From a virus (lineage: Duplodnaviria; Caudoviricetes): a stretch of 59,125 nt of DNA. Numbering within the stretch: position 1 is the stretch's first letter; the number at the start of each line of letters is the position of its first letter. The notes under the pieces were generated by a model. It saw only the letters and a program-made list of their open reading frames with translations, was not told the origin of the DNA and ran no database searches. Location of the stretch: IMG/VR virus record IMGVR_UViG_3300036861_000222, positions 1 to 59,125 of that record, one strand, 5' to 3'. The translations under genes were made by a program, and so were the position numbers. This document shows positions 37,511 through 47,885 of the stretch, piece after piece.

Positions 37511-37697
37511 CACCCTTCGATCGTGGTTTACGAGGCCACGCCTTCACGGAAGCAAGCGCCAGCGCAGCCGCTGGGATGCCCGTGGCGAGTACGCCAGTCC
37601 AGAGACTGACCTCCTCCGTGCCCATCTTTGACTTGTAAGCGACGATACCCAACACCGCCAGTCCGAAGGCGTAGTAGGTTGCTCGTGTCTTACTCAT
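37500..37697 (-). CDS. Putative holin
   Basis: Two TM segments, basic tail, lysis context. Confidence 0.6.
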   Translation of the reverse strand: MSKTRATYYAFGLAVLGIVAYKSKMGTEEVSLWTGVLATGIPAAALALASVKAWPRKPRSKGDDV

Positions 37698-37990
37698 GAT
37701 CCGACTCCCTCTCCCGTGGTGACATGCGTTTTCACGTCGTCCACTTCCGATCGCATAGCGGCGAGCTCAATACTCATAGTCCCTATTGCCATATCGATAC
37801 GGTCAAGCCGTTCAACGAGACCCGGACGCTCCTCGGTATCACCTGCATAACGAGGTGGTCGGCCTGCGAGTGCGTCGATTGCTGCGATGGTTTTTCTCAT
37901 CGGACCCCAGACTTTCCCCACGATACCGCTCAGGAGCAAAGCGCCGAGGACGCCTGCCGCAGTCCACACCTCCGTACTGTTGAGCATCAT
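37694..37990 (-). CDS. Lysis-associated membrane protein
   Basis: N-terminal TM, G.P......PG..ERL coiled coil. Confidence 0.6.
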   Translation of the reverse strand: MMLNSTEVWTAAGVLGALLLSGIVGKVWGPMRKTIAAIDALAGRPPRYAGDTEERPGLVERLDRIDMAIGTMSIELAAMRSEVDDVKTHVTTGEGVGS

Positions 37991-37992
37991 GA

Positions 37993-38676
37993 TCAGATTC
38001 CTAGCAGCTTATTCCAGCTCTTCGGGCCGCAGATGCCATCGACTGAGAGCTTGAATTTTTCCTGGAAAGCACGGAACGCCTTCTCTGTCTGCTGCCCGAA
38101 GATACCGTCTGTGCTCACCTTCCAACCCGAGATTCCCAGGATCGCCTGTAGGATGCGCACCGCACGTCCTTTGCTTCCGCGCTTCAGTGTCGGCATCTTC
38201 GCTCCTAGCGTTGTATTGTCGGCTGGCTTGCTGGGCGTTGTCGGCTGAGAGGGTTTGGGCGTCGTGCTGTCCATCTGAGAGAGTTTCCAGGACGACGTGT
38301 TGTCGTATCCTGAGGTGCTGCGTCCGTCAGGTCCGTTGCCTACAGAGACATGGGCGTGTTCTTCGTGCCCACTCTTCCCGTGGTACGTCTCCGGCTCGAA
38401 TCCGTTCTTACGCTCGTAGATCTTGTGATTGAAGATCACGTAACGAAGATTCGGATGAGGGTGCTTCGTGATGAAGTCTACAAACCTCCGCAGGTTCAGG
38501 CCTGCGTTTCCCTTGATGTCCTTACCGCACACCACGTGTTTACTGTTGGGGTTGTGATCGGACCAGCTGTTCTGGTGAGCCGCATCTCCGATCTCCCAGG
38601 TGGTCGTACCTGGATACAACGACTGGAGTTCCTTCTCCAGTGTCTGTAGGCTCTTCGCTTCACGCCAGTTACTCAT
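37993..38676 (-). CDS. Endolysin (putative Zn-peptidase domain plus peptidoglycan-binding domain)
   Basis: IGD.AH....SDHNP, H..HAHVS; LKRGSKG..V..LQ, DGIFG..T, DGICG..W. Confidence 0.88.
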   Translation of the reverse strand: MSNWREAKSLQTLEKELQSLYPGTTTWEIGDAAHQNSWSDHNPNSKHVVCGKDIKGNAGLNLRRFVDFITKHPHPNLRYVIFNHKIYERKNGFEPETYHGKSGHEEHAHVSVGNGPDGRSTSGYDNTSSWKLSQMDSTTPKPSQPTTPSKPADNTTLGAKMPTLKRGSKGRAVRILQAILGISGWKVSTDGIFGQQTEKAFRAFQEKFKLSVDGICGPKSWNKLLGI

Positions 38677-38762
38677 AGCGATAACATAGCACGCGCTAGT
38701 CACACATAAGTGCTAAAACACGAATGATCCTAGTCCGAAGACCAGGATCGTTCAAATTCGTA

Positions 38763-39062
38763 CTATCGTCGGCGGGTTGTAGCACGAATGGCCCTATTCG
38801 CCTTTCGGCTCGCGCATCCTTTCGCCACGGCCAGTGCCCTCGGAGTCGCGGCAAGCGTGCCTGATACAAGGCGGGTAAGGTCAGGACGGTACGCCACGTA
38901 GATGTTGACAGACCAGTACAGCCTACCGTCAAGCTCATAGATCTGGGCGTAAGTCCGGTTCAGGTCAGCGCGGTCGCTGAACTTCCGCAGGTACCGAACT
39001 TTGGTCTCGCCCGTCCAGGCGTTCAGTTCCTCAACACGCTGCCACTCAAAGTCTTCCATCAT
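38763..39062 (-). CDS. Hypothetical protein
   Basis: GAGAGGA RBS. Confidence 0.55.
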   Translation of the reverse strand: MMEDFEWQRVEELNAWTGETKVRYLRKFSDRADLNRTYAQIYELDGRLYWSVNIYVAYRPDLTRLVSGTLAATPRALAVAKGCASRKANRAIRATTRRR

Positions 39063-39226
39063 GCATCCTCTCGTCTGTGTCTCCAGACTACCTGTCTGCG
39101 TCGTTCATGTCCTTGTGGGGTACCTACAACGTTTCTCCGTGAACATTGTATGGTTCCGGGTAGACACGCTTCAGGGTATGCCATAGTATTGGGGAACGAC
39201 GCAGGACACGATCAAAGGATACGAAG

Positions 39227-39469
39227 ATGAACGCTTTGGAACTGCTTAACATCGCCATCACCCGACGCAACCTCGCAGTTGCCTCCCTTGCGAAGGGGAT
39301 CACCATCGTGCAGGAAGGTGCTCTCAAGGGTCAGCCCGTGACCCTCGTTGCCCAGGCGTTCGAGTCGAAGGCTCGCACGCTTGCTGCTGCGGCGGGAACC
39401 GCCATCGTCCCCAGCCCCACCCGCCCGGGTGCCATCGCTGCCACTGCGATCGTCTCGCGGTTCATCTAA
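39227..39469 (+). CDS. Hypothetical protein
   Basis: TAGTAT -10, AAAGGA RBS. Confidence 0.65.
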   Translation: MNALELLNIAITRRNLAVASLAKGITIVQEGALKGQPVTLVAQAFESKARTLAAAAGTAIVPSPTRPGAIAATAIVSRFI

Positions 39470-39678
39470 TGATGGCCGTGGAGATCCCACCTGTCGGGGG
39501 TGATCACAAGCTGTTCACTCCCATCATCAAAGAACGTGACGGGTTCCGCTGCGTGAACAACTGTGGGCGTACGCCTCCCGCGAAAATGCTGAAAGTGGTT
39601 CGAAGAGACCCCTTCAAAGCTGACAGCTACGACAACTTGGAAACTGTCTGTCAGTGGTGCGGGAAGTACCGCGACTGA
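39469..39678 (+). CDS. Degenerate HNH-like zinc-binding protein
   Basis: RDGFRC...CG, DNL..VC..C; catalytic His not seen. Confidence 0.55.
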   Translation: MMAVEIPPVGGDHKLFTPIIKERDGFRCVNNCGRTPPAKMLKVVRRDPFKADSYDNLETVCQWCGKYRD

Positions 39679-39708
39679 TAAGCTGTCAGACAGCCGTGAG
39701 GCTGTGTC

Positions 39709-39742
39709 AATGCCCGGTCCCTAGGGTGAGGGACCGGGCATT
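39709..39742. terminator. Bidirectional terminator hairpin
   Basis: AATGCCCGGTCCCT/AGGGACCGGGCATT between convergent genes. Confidence 0.7.
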
Positions 39743-41310
39743 CATCGTGTCAGCCGCCCACCAAGCGAAGTCGGAACTGTGAACGGCAACCCCTCAATCG
39801 TAGGTCCCCCGAAGTGGCTGTATCCACTGGATACCTGCGAGAGGTCGATACCCGCATAGGCTGCGCGTGGGTCCGCTGCCTCAGCGCTTCCAGTCCCGTC
39901 ATAGAACGCCAACAGGAGCGCGTCAGCGATGTCAGGGCTTCGTCCCAGTCGTTCCCGAATGTCGTCTTTCTTCTCGATTTTGACCTTACCCGAGGAGTCC
40001 ACAACCGCATAGCGAGGCATGGTCAACTCCGCGATGGCGTCGTCGTCAAGCCCTGCGAGACTCCACGCCTTATTCCGGCTCAACTCTCGGCCGTTCCACC
40101 ACGCCTCAGCACGCACGTTCAGGAATCGTTTTGGCTGTGTTGACTTGTTTGCAAAGTTTACGTACTGAACGATACATTTTGAACGACGTTCTTTCAGCAC
40201 CTCGCGCAGACGACCAGCCACACCCCAGCCGATGCCCACCACGTCGATACGGACTTTGGAGAGATTCCATTCTTCGATGTGGTTGACCAGATTGCCGACT
40301 GTCTTCATGGGATCCCGGTCGGAGAAGGAAGCAACACGTCCGACCGCGATACCCACCCGCTCCACGATCACCGTGCGGTCCGACCCGCCGCCGACGTCGA
40401 TACCACCGATGCGCACTGCATCGGGATCATCTTCATAGTCGGCATCCTTGTACCGGCATTTGGCCGCGTCCTCCTCAGAGATGACGCGCCACGGATCAAT
40501 ATCACCCTTGGGGATCTCCCCTAGGACTTTCGACTGATACAACGCGGAGTCCTCGCCCCAGGCTATACGTCGGTCGTGCGCCCATTCTTCCGAGATCAGG
40601 CCGTCCGCAACTTCCTCAGGGACTCCCTCACCGGTGGCAGCGGGGGTGTGTTTGTACCCGATATGGATCTCGTTCCACAGCTCGGATTTGCAGGCGTCAA
40701 CGTAGGGGCCGCTCGTCACGTCAGGGTTACCGATCGCCAGGATACGAGCTTTGTTGTTGGAAGCAATCGACTCGGTAGCGTGCCAGAGCACGTCCGGTAC
40801 GCCCTGCGCCTCATCCAAGATGACGAGTACGAACCTGGCGTGAATACCTTGGAACGCGCCTTCGGAGTGCTCGGAGGGTTTACGGCCGATACCTACCAGC
40901 TCTTCACCCCCGTCACCGGTTGGCATATGCCACTCAGTCTGGTTACAGCGACCGGGGAGATTGGAGGCGCGGTGAATCTTGCCGATAGTCCTCCACAGGA
41001 TCGCGCGCACCTGCGGAGCGGTGGGCGCAGTCGAGATCACGAACGCCTCACCAGGCGGATGGGAATCGAGCCACCAGCAGGCAGTTGTGGACGCGATGTG
41101 CGACTTCCCCGAGGAGTGACAAGCCCTGACCACCGTTCGGCGGTTGTCACGTACTGACTCCATGACCTCACGCTGTTTTGACCAGATATGCATATTGGCA
41201 CGGTCCGACGCCCAACGCGCAGGATCGGCGGTATAATCCACCTTCTCACGGTTCAGCTCATCGAAAGCGTCGGTGATAGCTGATCCAAGATCTAGCTTGT
41301 AGGCGTCCAT
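39742..41310 (-). CDS. terL: Terminase large subunit
   Basis: WSKQ, ACHSSGKS, TAPT..Q, ILDEA.GV, IGNP, GIDVG, RSPD.ADA. Confidence 0.93.
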   Translation of the reverse strand: MDAYKLDLGSAITDAFDELNREKVDYTADPARWASDRANMHIWSKQREVMESVRDNRRTVVRACHSSGKSHIASTTACWWLDSHPPGEAFVISTAPTAPQVRAILWRTIGKIHRASNLPGRCNQTEWHMPTGDGGEELVGIGRKPSEHSEGAFQGIHARFVLVILDEAQGVPDVLWHATESIASNNKARILAIGNPDVTSGPYVDACKSELWNEIHIGYKHTPAATGEGVPEEVADGLISEEWAHDRRIAWGEDSALYQSKVLGEIPKGDIDPWRVISEEDAAKCRYKDADYEDDPDAVRIGGIDVGGGSDRTVIVERVGIAVGRVASFSDRDPMKTVGNLVNHIEEWNLSKVRIDVVGIGWGVAGRLREVLKERRSKCIVQYVNFANKSTQPKRFLNVRAEAWWNGRELSRNKAWSLAGLDDDAIAELTMPRYAVVDSSGKVKIEKKDDIRERLGRSPDIADALLLAFYDGTGSAEAADPRAAYAGIDLSQVSSGYSHFGGPTIEGLPFTVPTSLGGRLTR

Positions 41311-41358
41311 ACTGTGATTATCGCACAGAAAAAGCGACCTCCGAAGAGGTCGCTTTCC

Positions 41359-41646
41359 CTACCCTACGATGATGCCGCGTGAGGCGTTGTACGCCTGCAC
41401 TGTCGGCCGAGCCTGTCGGTTGGCGAACCAACGCTGCAGCTCTCCGTATACGAAGACGTGTTTCGCCTTGACGCCGTACGCTTCCCGGAACGTCTCGTCG
41501 GTTTGCACACGCAGACGGACCAGATCGGGGTCAGCGTGGTTGTCACCAGGTGTCGCCATGTCCTTCAGGTACGTCAGCGCATACCCGAACTCGTCCGCTA
41601 CCTCATCGAGTGTGACGAATGCGTCCTTTTTGAATCGTTTTGGCAC
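41359..41646 (-). CDS. HTH DNA-binding protein (excisionase/AlpA-like)
   Basis: VTLDEVADEFGYA..YL, F...EL..WF..R. Confidence 0.55.
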   Translation of the reverse strand: MPKRFKKDAFVTLDEVADEFGYALTYLKDMATPGDNHADPDLVRLRVQTDETFREAYGVKAKHVFVYGELQRWFANRQARPTVQAYNASRGIIVG

Positions 41647-41778
41647 TGTCTGTGTTCCTCTCATCCTCTCCACTGATCCGTGTCTCAGTGACGTAGTAGA
41701 ACCCAATCGCCGCTCCGATCACCACCACAAGCGGTATCAAAGCTATGAGCAGGGCTTCCCAGCGCATGAATGCTCCTA

Positions 41779-42273
41779 TCAGCGGTTATCCGAGCTCGGA
41801 GTCGCACCAGTCTGCCCCTGGTAGTGACTGCCCAGTCCTTCGTACCCATAGGGACGCTCAGCAGGAGAAGTCAGCTCAGTGAACACGATTTGGCAGATGC
41901 GTTCCCCAACAGGGAGAAACAACGTTTTCGACCCTACGTTGTACAGCTCCAACGTGATCTGCCCGTTGAATCCCGGGTCGATGAACCCTGCAGTCGTGTG
42001 GACTATCAACCCTCTGCGTGCCCATGACGAACGCCCGTTGATCTGTGCCACCAGGTGTGGAGGCACATTGACGAACTCCACGGTCGTTCCCAGTGCGAAC
42101 TCCCGTGGGGCCAGCTCATATCCGCCATCAACAATGATGCGCTGATCTTCGGACACGAAATCCGCGCCCAGGGTGAGGTCAATGCTGGCAGGCTGCATGT
42201 GCTCCTTACGGAACGGTGCGATCAGTCGATACAACGACTGCGCCACCTTCAGGTCAGCGTCACTCAGAATCAC
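41779..42273 (-). CDS. dcd: dCTP deaminase
   Basis: ILSD, QPASIDL, GRSSWARRGL, AGFIDPGF.G.ITLEL, YQGQ; AAGGAG RBS with GTG 42273. Confidence 0.93.
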   Translation of the reverse strand: MILSDADLKVAQSLYRLIAPFRKEHMQPASIDLTLGADFVSEDQRIIVDGGYELAPREFALGTTVEFVNVPPHLVAQINGRSSWARRGLIVHTTAGFIDPGFNGQITLELYNVGSKTLFLPVGERICQIVFTELTSPAERPYGYEGLGSHYQGQTGATPSSDNR

Positions 42274-42418
42274 TGCCGTACTCCTTACCGTGGTACTGCT
42301 TTCCGAACGGGTTGCCTCGAAGCGTCTGCCGAACGGCTTCAGTCTTGGGATCCTCTTTCTTGATCGGCTTCTCGCGCTTCGGCTGCGAGCCGATGATTCG
42401 TTGATCACGGATCGTCAT
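42260..42418 (-). CDS. Small hypothetical protein (MTIRDQRIIG...)
   Basis: AGGAGG RBS; overlaps the dcd start. Confidence 0.5.
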   Translation of the reverse strand: MTIRDQRIIGSQPKREKPIKKEDPKTEAVRQTLRGNPFGKQYHGKEYGSDSE

Positions 42419-42488
42419 GCATCCTCCTGTCGTTGTGCTGATATTTCCCCTAGGTACCTCCTGAATCAGGAGGTACCACAGGCAGTTA

Positions 42489-42803
42489 TCAGCGCTCCGA
42501 ACGTTCTTCCGCTTTCTGGTGCCAGCTCTTCAGTGAGTCGGCAAGACGTTTCCCTACTTCGGCAGCGGCCTGGGCCAGCCGATCGGCGGCATCCTCAACC
42601 GCCTGCTGCCTGAGCACCTTGGCCTCATTGAGCCGGAAATCCAGTTCCTCACGGGCAGCCGCGCGGCCTCGCATCTTGGCACGCTCCACCTCTGTCAGGT
42701 TGAGGCTGTGCTCAGATTTGTGGATGATCTCCGCCGATTCTTCGATGAATGTCCTGATTACCTGTGCGTCAGTCGGTGCGGGGACTGCCTTGTCTTTGGT
42801 CAT
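42489..42803 (-). CDS. Hypothetical helical protein
   Basis: GAAGGA RBS. Confidence 0.55.
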   Translation of the reverse strand: MTKDKAVPAPTDAQVIRTFIEESAEIIHKSEHSLNLTEVERAKMRGRAAAREELDFRLNEAKVLRQQAVEDAADRLAQAAAEVGKRLADSLKSWHQKAEERSER

Positions 42804-43047
42804 CAACGTTCCTTCTTTTTGTCTTCTTCTAGCTTGGCGTCGTCTTTGCGCACGGTTTTCACTACGTCGCGTCGCGCCTTCCTGTCTTCCCCTGACTGTG
42901 CAGGACGTTCAGGCCTGCGATCATGCCACAGCGGCATTGTGTTTCCTCCGTCTTGTGTCGTTGGCTTGCTACAGCCAACAGTACACGTGCCGTGTATGGC
43001 CGTCAATCCGGGTTCTGATTTAATGTTTTCGCAGGTCAACACCTGAG

Positions 43048-43076
43048 TTGACACGGATTACAGACGCTGCTAAGCT
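43048..43076 (+). promoter_or_regulatory. Promoter at the start of the accessory island
   Basis: TTGACA-17 nt-TAAGCT. Confidence 0.6.
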
Positions 43077-43589
43077 GGTAGGACAGTGAGCAAATAGCTC
43101 TTACACGACGTAAGAGCGCCGCCCGGTCTGACTGGCATTGGACCGGGCGTACTTGCCCTTGCTGCAAGCGCCTCATAAGACAAAGCGAGGACGCGAAACG
43201 AAGACGAAAGGACACATGATGAAAGGTACTTACTTCCATCTTGTAGTGGCTGGTATCCTCGCAGCTGGGTTGATGGTCATCGGAGCAGTCCTCGGACTGG
43301 CGATGCACTAGTGTCTGCCCGTGGTACTCCACCTCCGTTGGAGTGCCTAGGGGAGGAACTACCTCCAGACAAACGACGCAAAGGACAGCAATGAAGGACA
43401 ATTCTGAGGCTTGGAATCCTGATCCCATCTGCCACATTTGCAGCAAGCCACTCAGTCAGTGCACGCATCTCTAGGAGACTCAATGCGATACGAAGACGAC
43501 GATTATGATTCCTCGGATGATGAGGAGATCTGTGAATCCTGCTACGAGCGGGTGGAAGACTGCGAAGAACTGCGACGAAGGAACGAAAA

Positions 43590-43778
43590 ATGAGACAGCG
43601 CGAGGCTGAACTCTACGTAGGCCACAACGTGGTCATTACCACCCTAGACGGAGCCGAGATTGCGGCGCTGCTTCAGGGAGTCAGCGGTAAGGAGACACGT
43701 CTGCTCAAAGACGGAATGCGTGTGCAGGGTCCGCATCTTGACGACATCTACGGCATGGAACTGCGAGACAAGCCGTGA
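43590..43778 (+). CDS. Hypothetical protein (SH3/Sm-like size and pattern)
   Basis: RBS, overlap coupling. Confidence 0.55.
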   Translation: MRQREAELYVGHNVVITTLDGAEIAALLQGVSGKETRLLKDGMRVQGPHLDDIYGMELRDKP

Positions 43779-43999
43779 AAAAGAAGACGCAGGACATGAA
43801 GACCCACAAGGCCTCCAAGATCAAGCGGCACCAGCCCGGCAAGGGCAACAAGTGGGGTCAAGCTACCGGAGGGTGGTCACCGTACGGACCTCCCACAGGG
43901 CAGAAAGACATCTGCCCCACCTGCGGGGGCGCACGGAGCTACGAGGCTTTTGACCGCGCTACGGGTCAGTGGTTCACGTACAACTGCACTCGTTGTTAG
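43775..43999 (+). CDS. Zinc-ribbon protein
   Basis: CPTCGG...CTRC. Confidence 0.55.
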   Translation: MKKKTQDMKTHKASKIKRHQPGKGNKWGQATGGWSPYGPPTGQKDICPTCGGARSYEAFDRATGQWFTYNCTRC

Positions 44000-44074
44000 C
44001 CCTCAGAGTCCCCGATCCGTGCGGTCGGGGATTTCTGCTATGATCAGGATGATACAGGACGAGAGGACATTTCG

Positions 44075-44266
44075 ATGGTACATCCGTACATCACTGACAG
44101 ACGCGGCCGGACGGTACACGTGGGCAGTCCGTCATACAACGGCATGAAGCCCCTGTGCAAGCCGGAGACTCGGGTCAGCTTCCACACCACGCTGATGGGC
44201 GGCGGACAGCATCTCTGTGCATCGTGCTCCAGCAGGGAGCTGCGTTTCCTCGGGAAGGGTTTGTGA
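44075..44266 (+). CDS. Small zinc-finger protein
   Basis: VH...PLC...LCASC. Confidence 0.55.
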   Translation: MVHPYITDRRGRTVHVGSPSYNGMKPLCKPETRVSFHTTLMGGGQHLCASCSSRELRFLGKGL

Positions 44267-44480
44267 TGTCCCAGCTCGTCCGCCTCAATCCCGACACTCC
44301 GTGTCCGCACTCAGGTGTGCACCACCCGCACCGCTGGCACTGCACTGATCCCGCCTGTAACTGGGGCGCTCCCTGCGGGTACACACCACTCATCTGCTGC
44401 GCGTGCAGCCAGGAGTGGCCCTGCGAGGAGCGGCAGCACCGCGACAACGAACGGAACACAGCGTCTACTGGGAAAACAAA

Positions 44481-44536
44481 GATCTGAAAAAATACCTGGC
44501 ACCCCCTTGCAGACACCTGGAAGGGGGTGTTAGAGT
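44481..44536 (+). promoter_or_regulatory. Strong promoter with UP-like element and CCCCC/GGGGG dyad
   Basis: TCTGAAAAAAT, TTGCAG-18 nt-TAGAGT. Confidence 0.75.
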
Positions 44537-44579
44537 TGTCCTTACAAGACAACAGGGTACAAAGACAGAGGATGCAACG

Positions 44580-45011
44580 ATGAACGAGCTCTACACCATG
44601 CTTCGCACCTCCATCATTGACACGGTGGAAGACCCACAGGAGCGTAAGGAAGCGTTGGACATGCTTCGGAAGAACACCCGAATCAGCGCAACTATCGCGG
44701 TGGTTCCCAAGTTCAACGAATGGACGCATCCCGGAACTGGAGAGGTTCGCAAATACCTCGCGAACGCGAACGAGGTGTTCGGATTCAACAAGGTCACCGG
44801 GGAATACGCGCTGTTGGAAGACTCCATCAGCTACGGAACCGCTACCGCTCTGAAGCGCTGGATCAAGGAATCGAAGCCTTACGTCAACGAAGAGGGTCAG
44901 CTGACCTGGGGTCGGAACGTCAACCTCCCAAGCGAACTCCGCTTCATCGGCGGGTCGCTCCTGGTGAAAATCGAGACTCACGCTCAGGAGCTGATCACCC
45001 GGAACCGCTAG
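44580..45011 (+). CDS. Hypothetical protein
   Basis: Own promoter, GAGGA RBS, terminator 45015-45044. Confidence 0.75.
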   Translation: MNELYTMLRTSIIDTVEDPQERKEALDMLRKNTRISATIAVVPKFNEWTHPGTGEVRKYLANANEVFGFNKVTGEYALLEDSISYGTATALKRWIKESKPYVNEEGQLTWGRNVNLPSELRFIGGSLLVKIETHAQELITRNR

Positions 45012-45173
45012 CAGAATCCCCCAGCCGAGAGGCTGGGGGATTTTCGCGTCTATGCGTTTGTGGTACGATAAAGGAGTCAACAGACAAACGATGAAAGGAC
45101 ACATCATGAAGTGTGGTTCATGCTCCCACCTCTGCCCGACCTGTAACCCGCGTCCAACTGGAGGTGGGAAGTA

Positions 45174-45473
45174 ATGCTCTCCTCCGAGGAACTGGCCGCG
45201 ATCACCAGGCGTGAAGCTGCGGCTTTTGGTCCCGACGCGGACACTACCGACGCGGTGAATTCTGCGATGGACGTTCCGGCTCTGCTCACCGAAGTGCGGC
45301 AGCTCCGCTTGGATCTCGCCGAGGCTCGCGGCGTCGCCATGGACCAGGGAGCTGTTATCGATGCGGTGCGAGCCCTGGCCGTATCGATGCTGGAAGAGTA
45401 CGGCCACGCAGAGCGCGTCTCCGGCAGTCGCATCCTGGATGCGATTCGGGACGCGAGAACAGGAGCGGTATGA
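45174..45473 (+). CDS. Hypothetical protein (DVPALL.EV..LR motif)
   Basis: GGAGG RBS. Confidence 0.7.
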   Translation: MLSSEELAAITRREAAAFGPDADTTDAVNSAMDVPALLTEVRQLRLDLAEARGVAMDQGAVIDAVRALAVSMLEEYGHAERVSGSRILDAIRDARTGAV

Positions 45474-45937
45474 TCGGGAGCCTGCCTACTGCGACGCACC
45501 TCTACATCACTACGCCAGGTATCAACCCCATGTTTCATGACGTCTTGTACCGTGGTGAGGGGTTTATCAGCACCGAGGATGAGCCTGAGTTCCTGTATCA
45601 CGAGCCAGTACAGATCGCCGGAGTCGCTGAGAATGGGCTCAGGGCTTATCCCGCGCCTGAGCTGGTGTCGCTGACGTTGGATTTGACGATGCTGGTTGAC
45701 AACGATCCAGCCGCGTTCTTCGCTTTGCGCAGCCTGGATGAGGTGTACGGCATCGAACTGTACGCAGGAACGAGCCAGGGGGTGCTCTGTGCAGTCCGCT
45801 ACCATCACTGCCAGATCCCGGAAGTTCACCCCAGCGGCGAACGGATGACGGTTCGAGCGTCCAGGTGGCCCGGTACCAGAGACATCTGTCAGACATGGAT
45901 CACCCCATGTCTACCTGAAACAGAGGAAACACGATGA
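45470..45937 (+). CDS. Hypothetical protein
   Basis: ATGA overlap, AGGAG RBS. Confidence 0.65.
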   Translation: MIGSLPTATHLYITTPGINPMFHDVLYRGEGFISTEDEPEFLYHEPVQIAGVAENGLRAYPAPELVSLTLDLTMLVDNDPAAFFALRSLDEVYGIELYAGTSQGVLCAVRYHHCQIPEVHPSGERMTVRASRWPGTRDICQTWITPCLPETEETR

Positions 45938-46113
45938 ATGACAACGAAAACAAGGAATGGACCGGAAAGTATCAGGCGCTCGCCGATGCGCTGAACCGCA
46001 TCGGGGCGCGAGTGGACTCGGAGGGGGACATCTCCCTGATCGATGAGCCTCGCACGTCGAACCTATATTTGGTGTTCAATCCCGCAGCGGACTGCTGGGA
46101 GGTTCGCAGATGA
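45934..46113 (+). CDS. Hypothetical protein
   Basis: ATGA overlaps on both sides. Confidence 0.6.
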   Translation: MNDNENKEWTGKYQALADALNRIGARVDSEGDISLIDEPRTSNLYLVFNPAADCWEVRR

Positions 46114-46331
46114 GCATAGATCTGGAACGCATCGAACACGACTACCAGAACGAATACGATGCACCACAGTACCTGTTGGACGACGTTCGCAACCTGATAG
46201 CTGAGGTACGGAGGCTGCGTCAAACAGCGTATGGCATCCGCCCGGAGTGCCCAGACATCTTCTGTCCTGGCTGGAAGGATTCCGGCATCTGTACTAAAGG
46301 CGCACAGTTCCGACACCATGAGGGGGCATAA
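46110..46331 (+). CDS. Hypothetical protein (DV..LI.EV.RLR plus Cys/His)
   Basis: GGAGG RBS. Confidence 0.6.
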   Translation: MSIDLERIEHDYQNEYDAPQYLLDDVRNLIAEVRRLRQTAYGIRPECPDIFCPGWKDSGICTKGAQFRHHEGA

Positions 46332-46724
46332 GATGAGCGTCATCTTCGCCAGCGCTGCTGTTGTGGCGATCGCCATCGGTCAGCTCACGCTCTGGGCTTG
46401 GATGTGGGCACTTGCCACCCGTGTCGAATGCTTGGAGCGACACTGTACCTGTCGAAGTACTGATAAGGAGTCATCATGAGCTTTCCGGGCTGGTCAGTCG
46501 AGTCCACGCATCCCTGTGAGGTATCCGAGGAAGTGGCCGAATCTTCGTTGTGCGCCATCTGCGCCAACGCAATCGAGTACTCAATGGCGTTCGCCTCGTC
46601 ATGGGGTTCAACCACACACCAGCACTCCATCACAGATGGTGATGATGTGTCTCATGTGGTGGTAGTTCGCCAAAACGGGTGATAACACGACGAAAACACC
46701 TGATCTGCGGCGTATGATCAGTGC

Positions 46725-47108
46725 ATGTCGTCATTCAACGGGGGCTCAGAATCCTCCGCTCCGATCGGGCAACTGATGGGCGCGGAGGATTCCTCGCGTC
46801 CAGGGGTCGGTACCGCGCAGTCCCTCATCATGGCGTCGATCGGTATCGGAGGATTCATCGTCGGGGCGCTGGCCGTGTCGCTGTGGCGCCCAGGGGGTGA
46901 GCCTGCGGTGATGGCGCCTGCGGTGTCCGTATACACCTGCGCCCAGCAGTACACCATTGTCGCTGAGGCGTTGAACGGACTGGTATCCGAAGGCATCGAC
47001 GCGGGGCAGGCCTCAACTCCTGACGTGTCTTGGATCAACTCCATCCATGAACGCCAGGAGGTCTACGCGGGTCAGTTGGAAACACTGAACGACGGCTGCA
47101 GCGAATGA
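46725..47108 (+). CDS. Single-TM membrane protein
   Basis: Hydrophobic segment, distal Cys pair. Confidence 0.55.
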   Translation: MSSFNGGSESSAPIGQLMGAEDSSRPGVGTAQSLIMASIGIGGFIVGALAVSLWRPGGEPAVMAPAVSVYTCAQQYTIVAEALNGLVSEGIDAGQASTPDVSWINSIHERQEVYAGQLETLNDGCSE

Positions 47109-47340
47109 CGCAGGCACGTGGCACCCTCAGCACGGCACATGTGAGCCTGTGGCGGGTGGGCGATAGTCCGCAGGATCGCTGTAGCGCGGTCGCCGGGAGG
47201 ATGGGTGAACTCGGATACGCCCGCTGGGCGCAGGAACTGCGGCTGGCAGGACATGGCGGGGACGCTGTACAAGTACCGTTGACGCTGCTGGGAGAGATGC
47301 TGCATGTCCTCGCTGACCAGGGGATTCGCTGCGGTGACAA

Positions 47341-47396
47341 GATCTGAAGAAATTATCTGAACCCCCTTGCGGACCTCCGTGAGGGGGTGTTATCGT
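47341..47396 (+). promoter_or_regulatory. Strong promoter with dyad
   Basis: TCTGAAGAAATT, TTGCGG-18 nt-TATCGT. Confidence 0.75.
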
Positions 47397-47431
47397 TGAG
47401 GAACCAAAGACAAACGATGAGAGGACAGACA

Positions 47432-47596
47432 ATGGGCAACCTCTTCACCACAAAGGCGGAACTCATCGCGCAGGCGCGTGAACTCCGTCAGGGCAGTTCC
47501 AACCTTTCTGGCGTGAAACTCGAAAAGGCTCAGGCAGAGCACAAGCGGATCATGCAACGTATCTCGCAGATCAATGAATACCTTCGCAACAACTAA
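47432..47596 (+). CDS. Small helical protein
   Basis: GAGAGGA RBS after the promoter. Confidence 0.7.
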   Translation: MGNLFTTKAELIAQARELRQGSSNLSGVKLEKAQAEHKRIMQRISQINEYLRNN

Positions 47597-47885
47597 CGAT
47601 GGAGGACAAACAATGGGACGTAAAGAACGTTGTGCGTGGTATGGGTGCAAGAAAACCACGCGTCTGCCCAACAGCAGCTGGAAAAGTGGGCTATTCCTGC
47701 TTGACGAGACCTTCCACGATGAGCGTCACCCCACCAACAATGCCCGGAGCGCGTTTCTGTTCTTCTGCCCTGAGCATGGCGACAAGCGTACGTGACCAGT
47801 AGCGGTTGCCTGTGAGGCTCACTGGAGTGAGCCTCTAGGGGAGGTGCTACCTTCAATGCATACATGAAGACGAGAGGATAGAACG

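Noticed and set aside
33475-45407. Long antisense ORFs (e.g. 33475-34566, 44175-45407; also 13380-14393)
   Set aside because: Opposite well-supported genes; expected in GC-rich DNA
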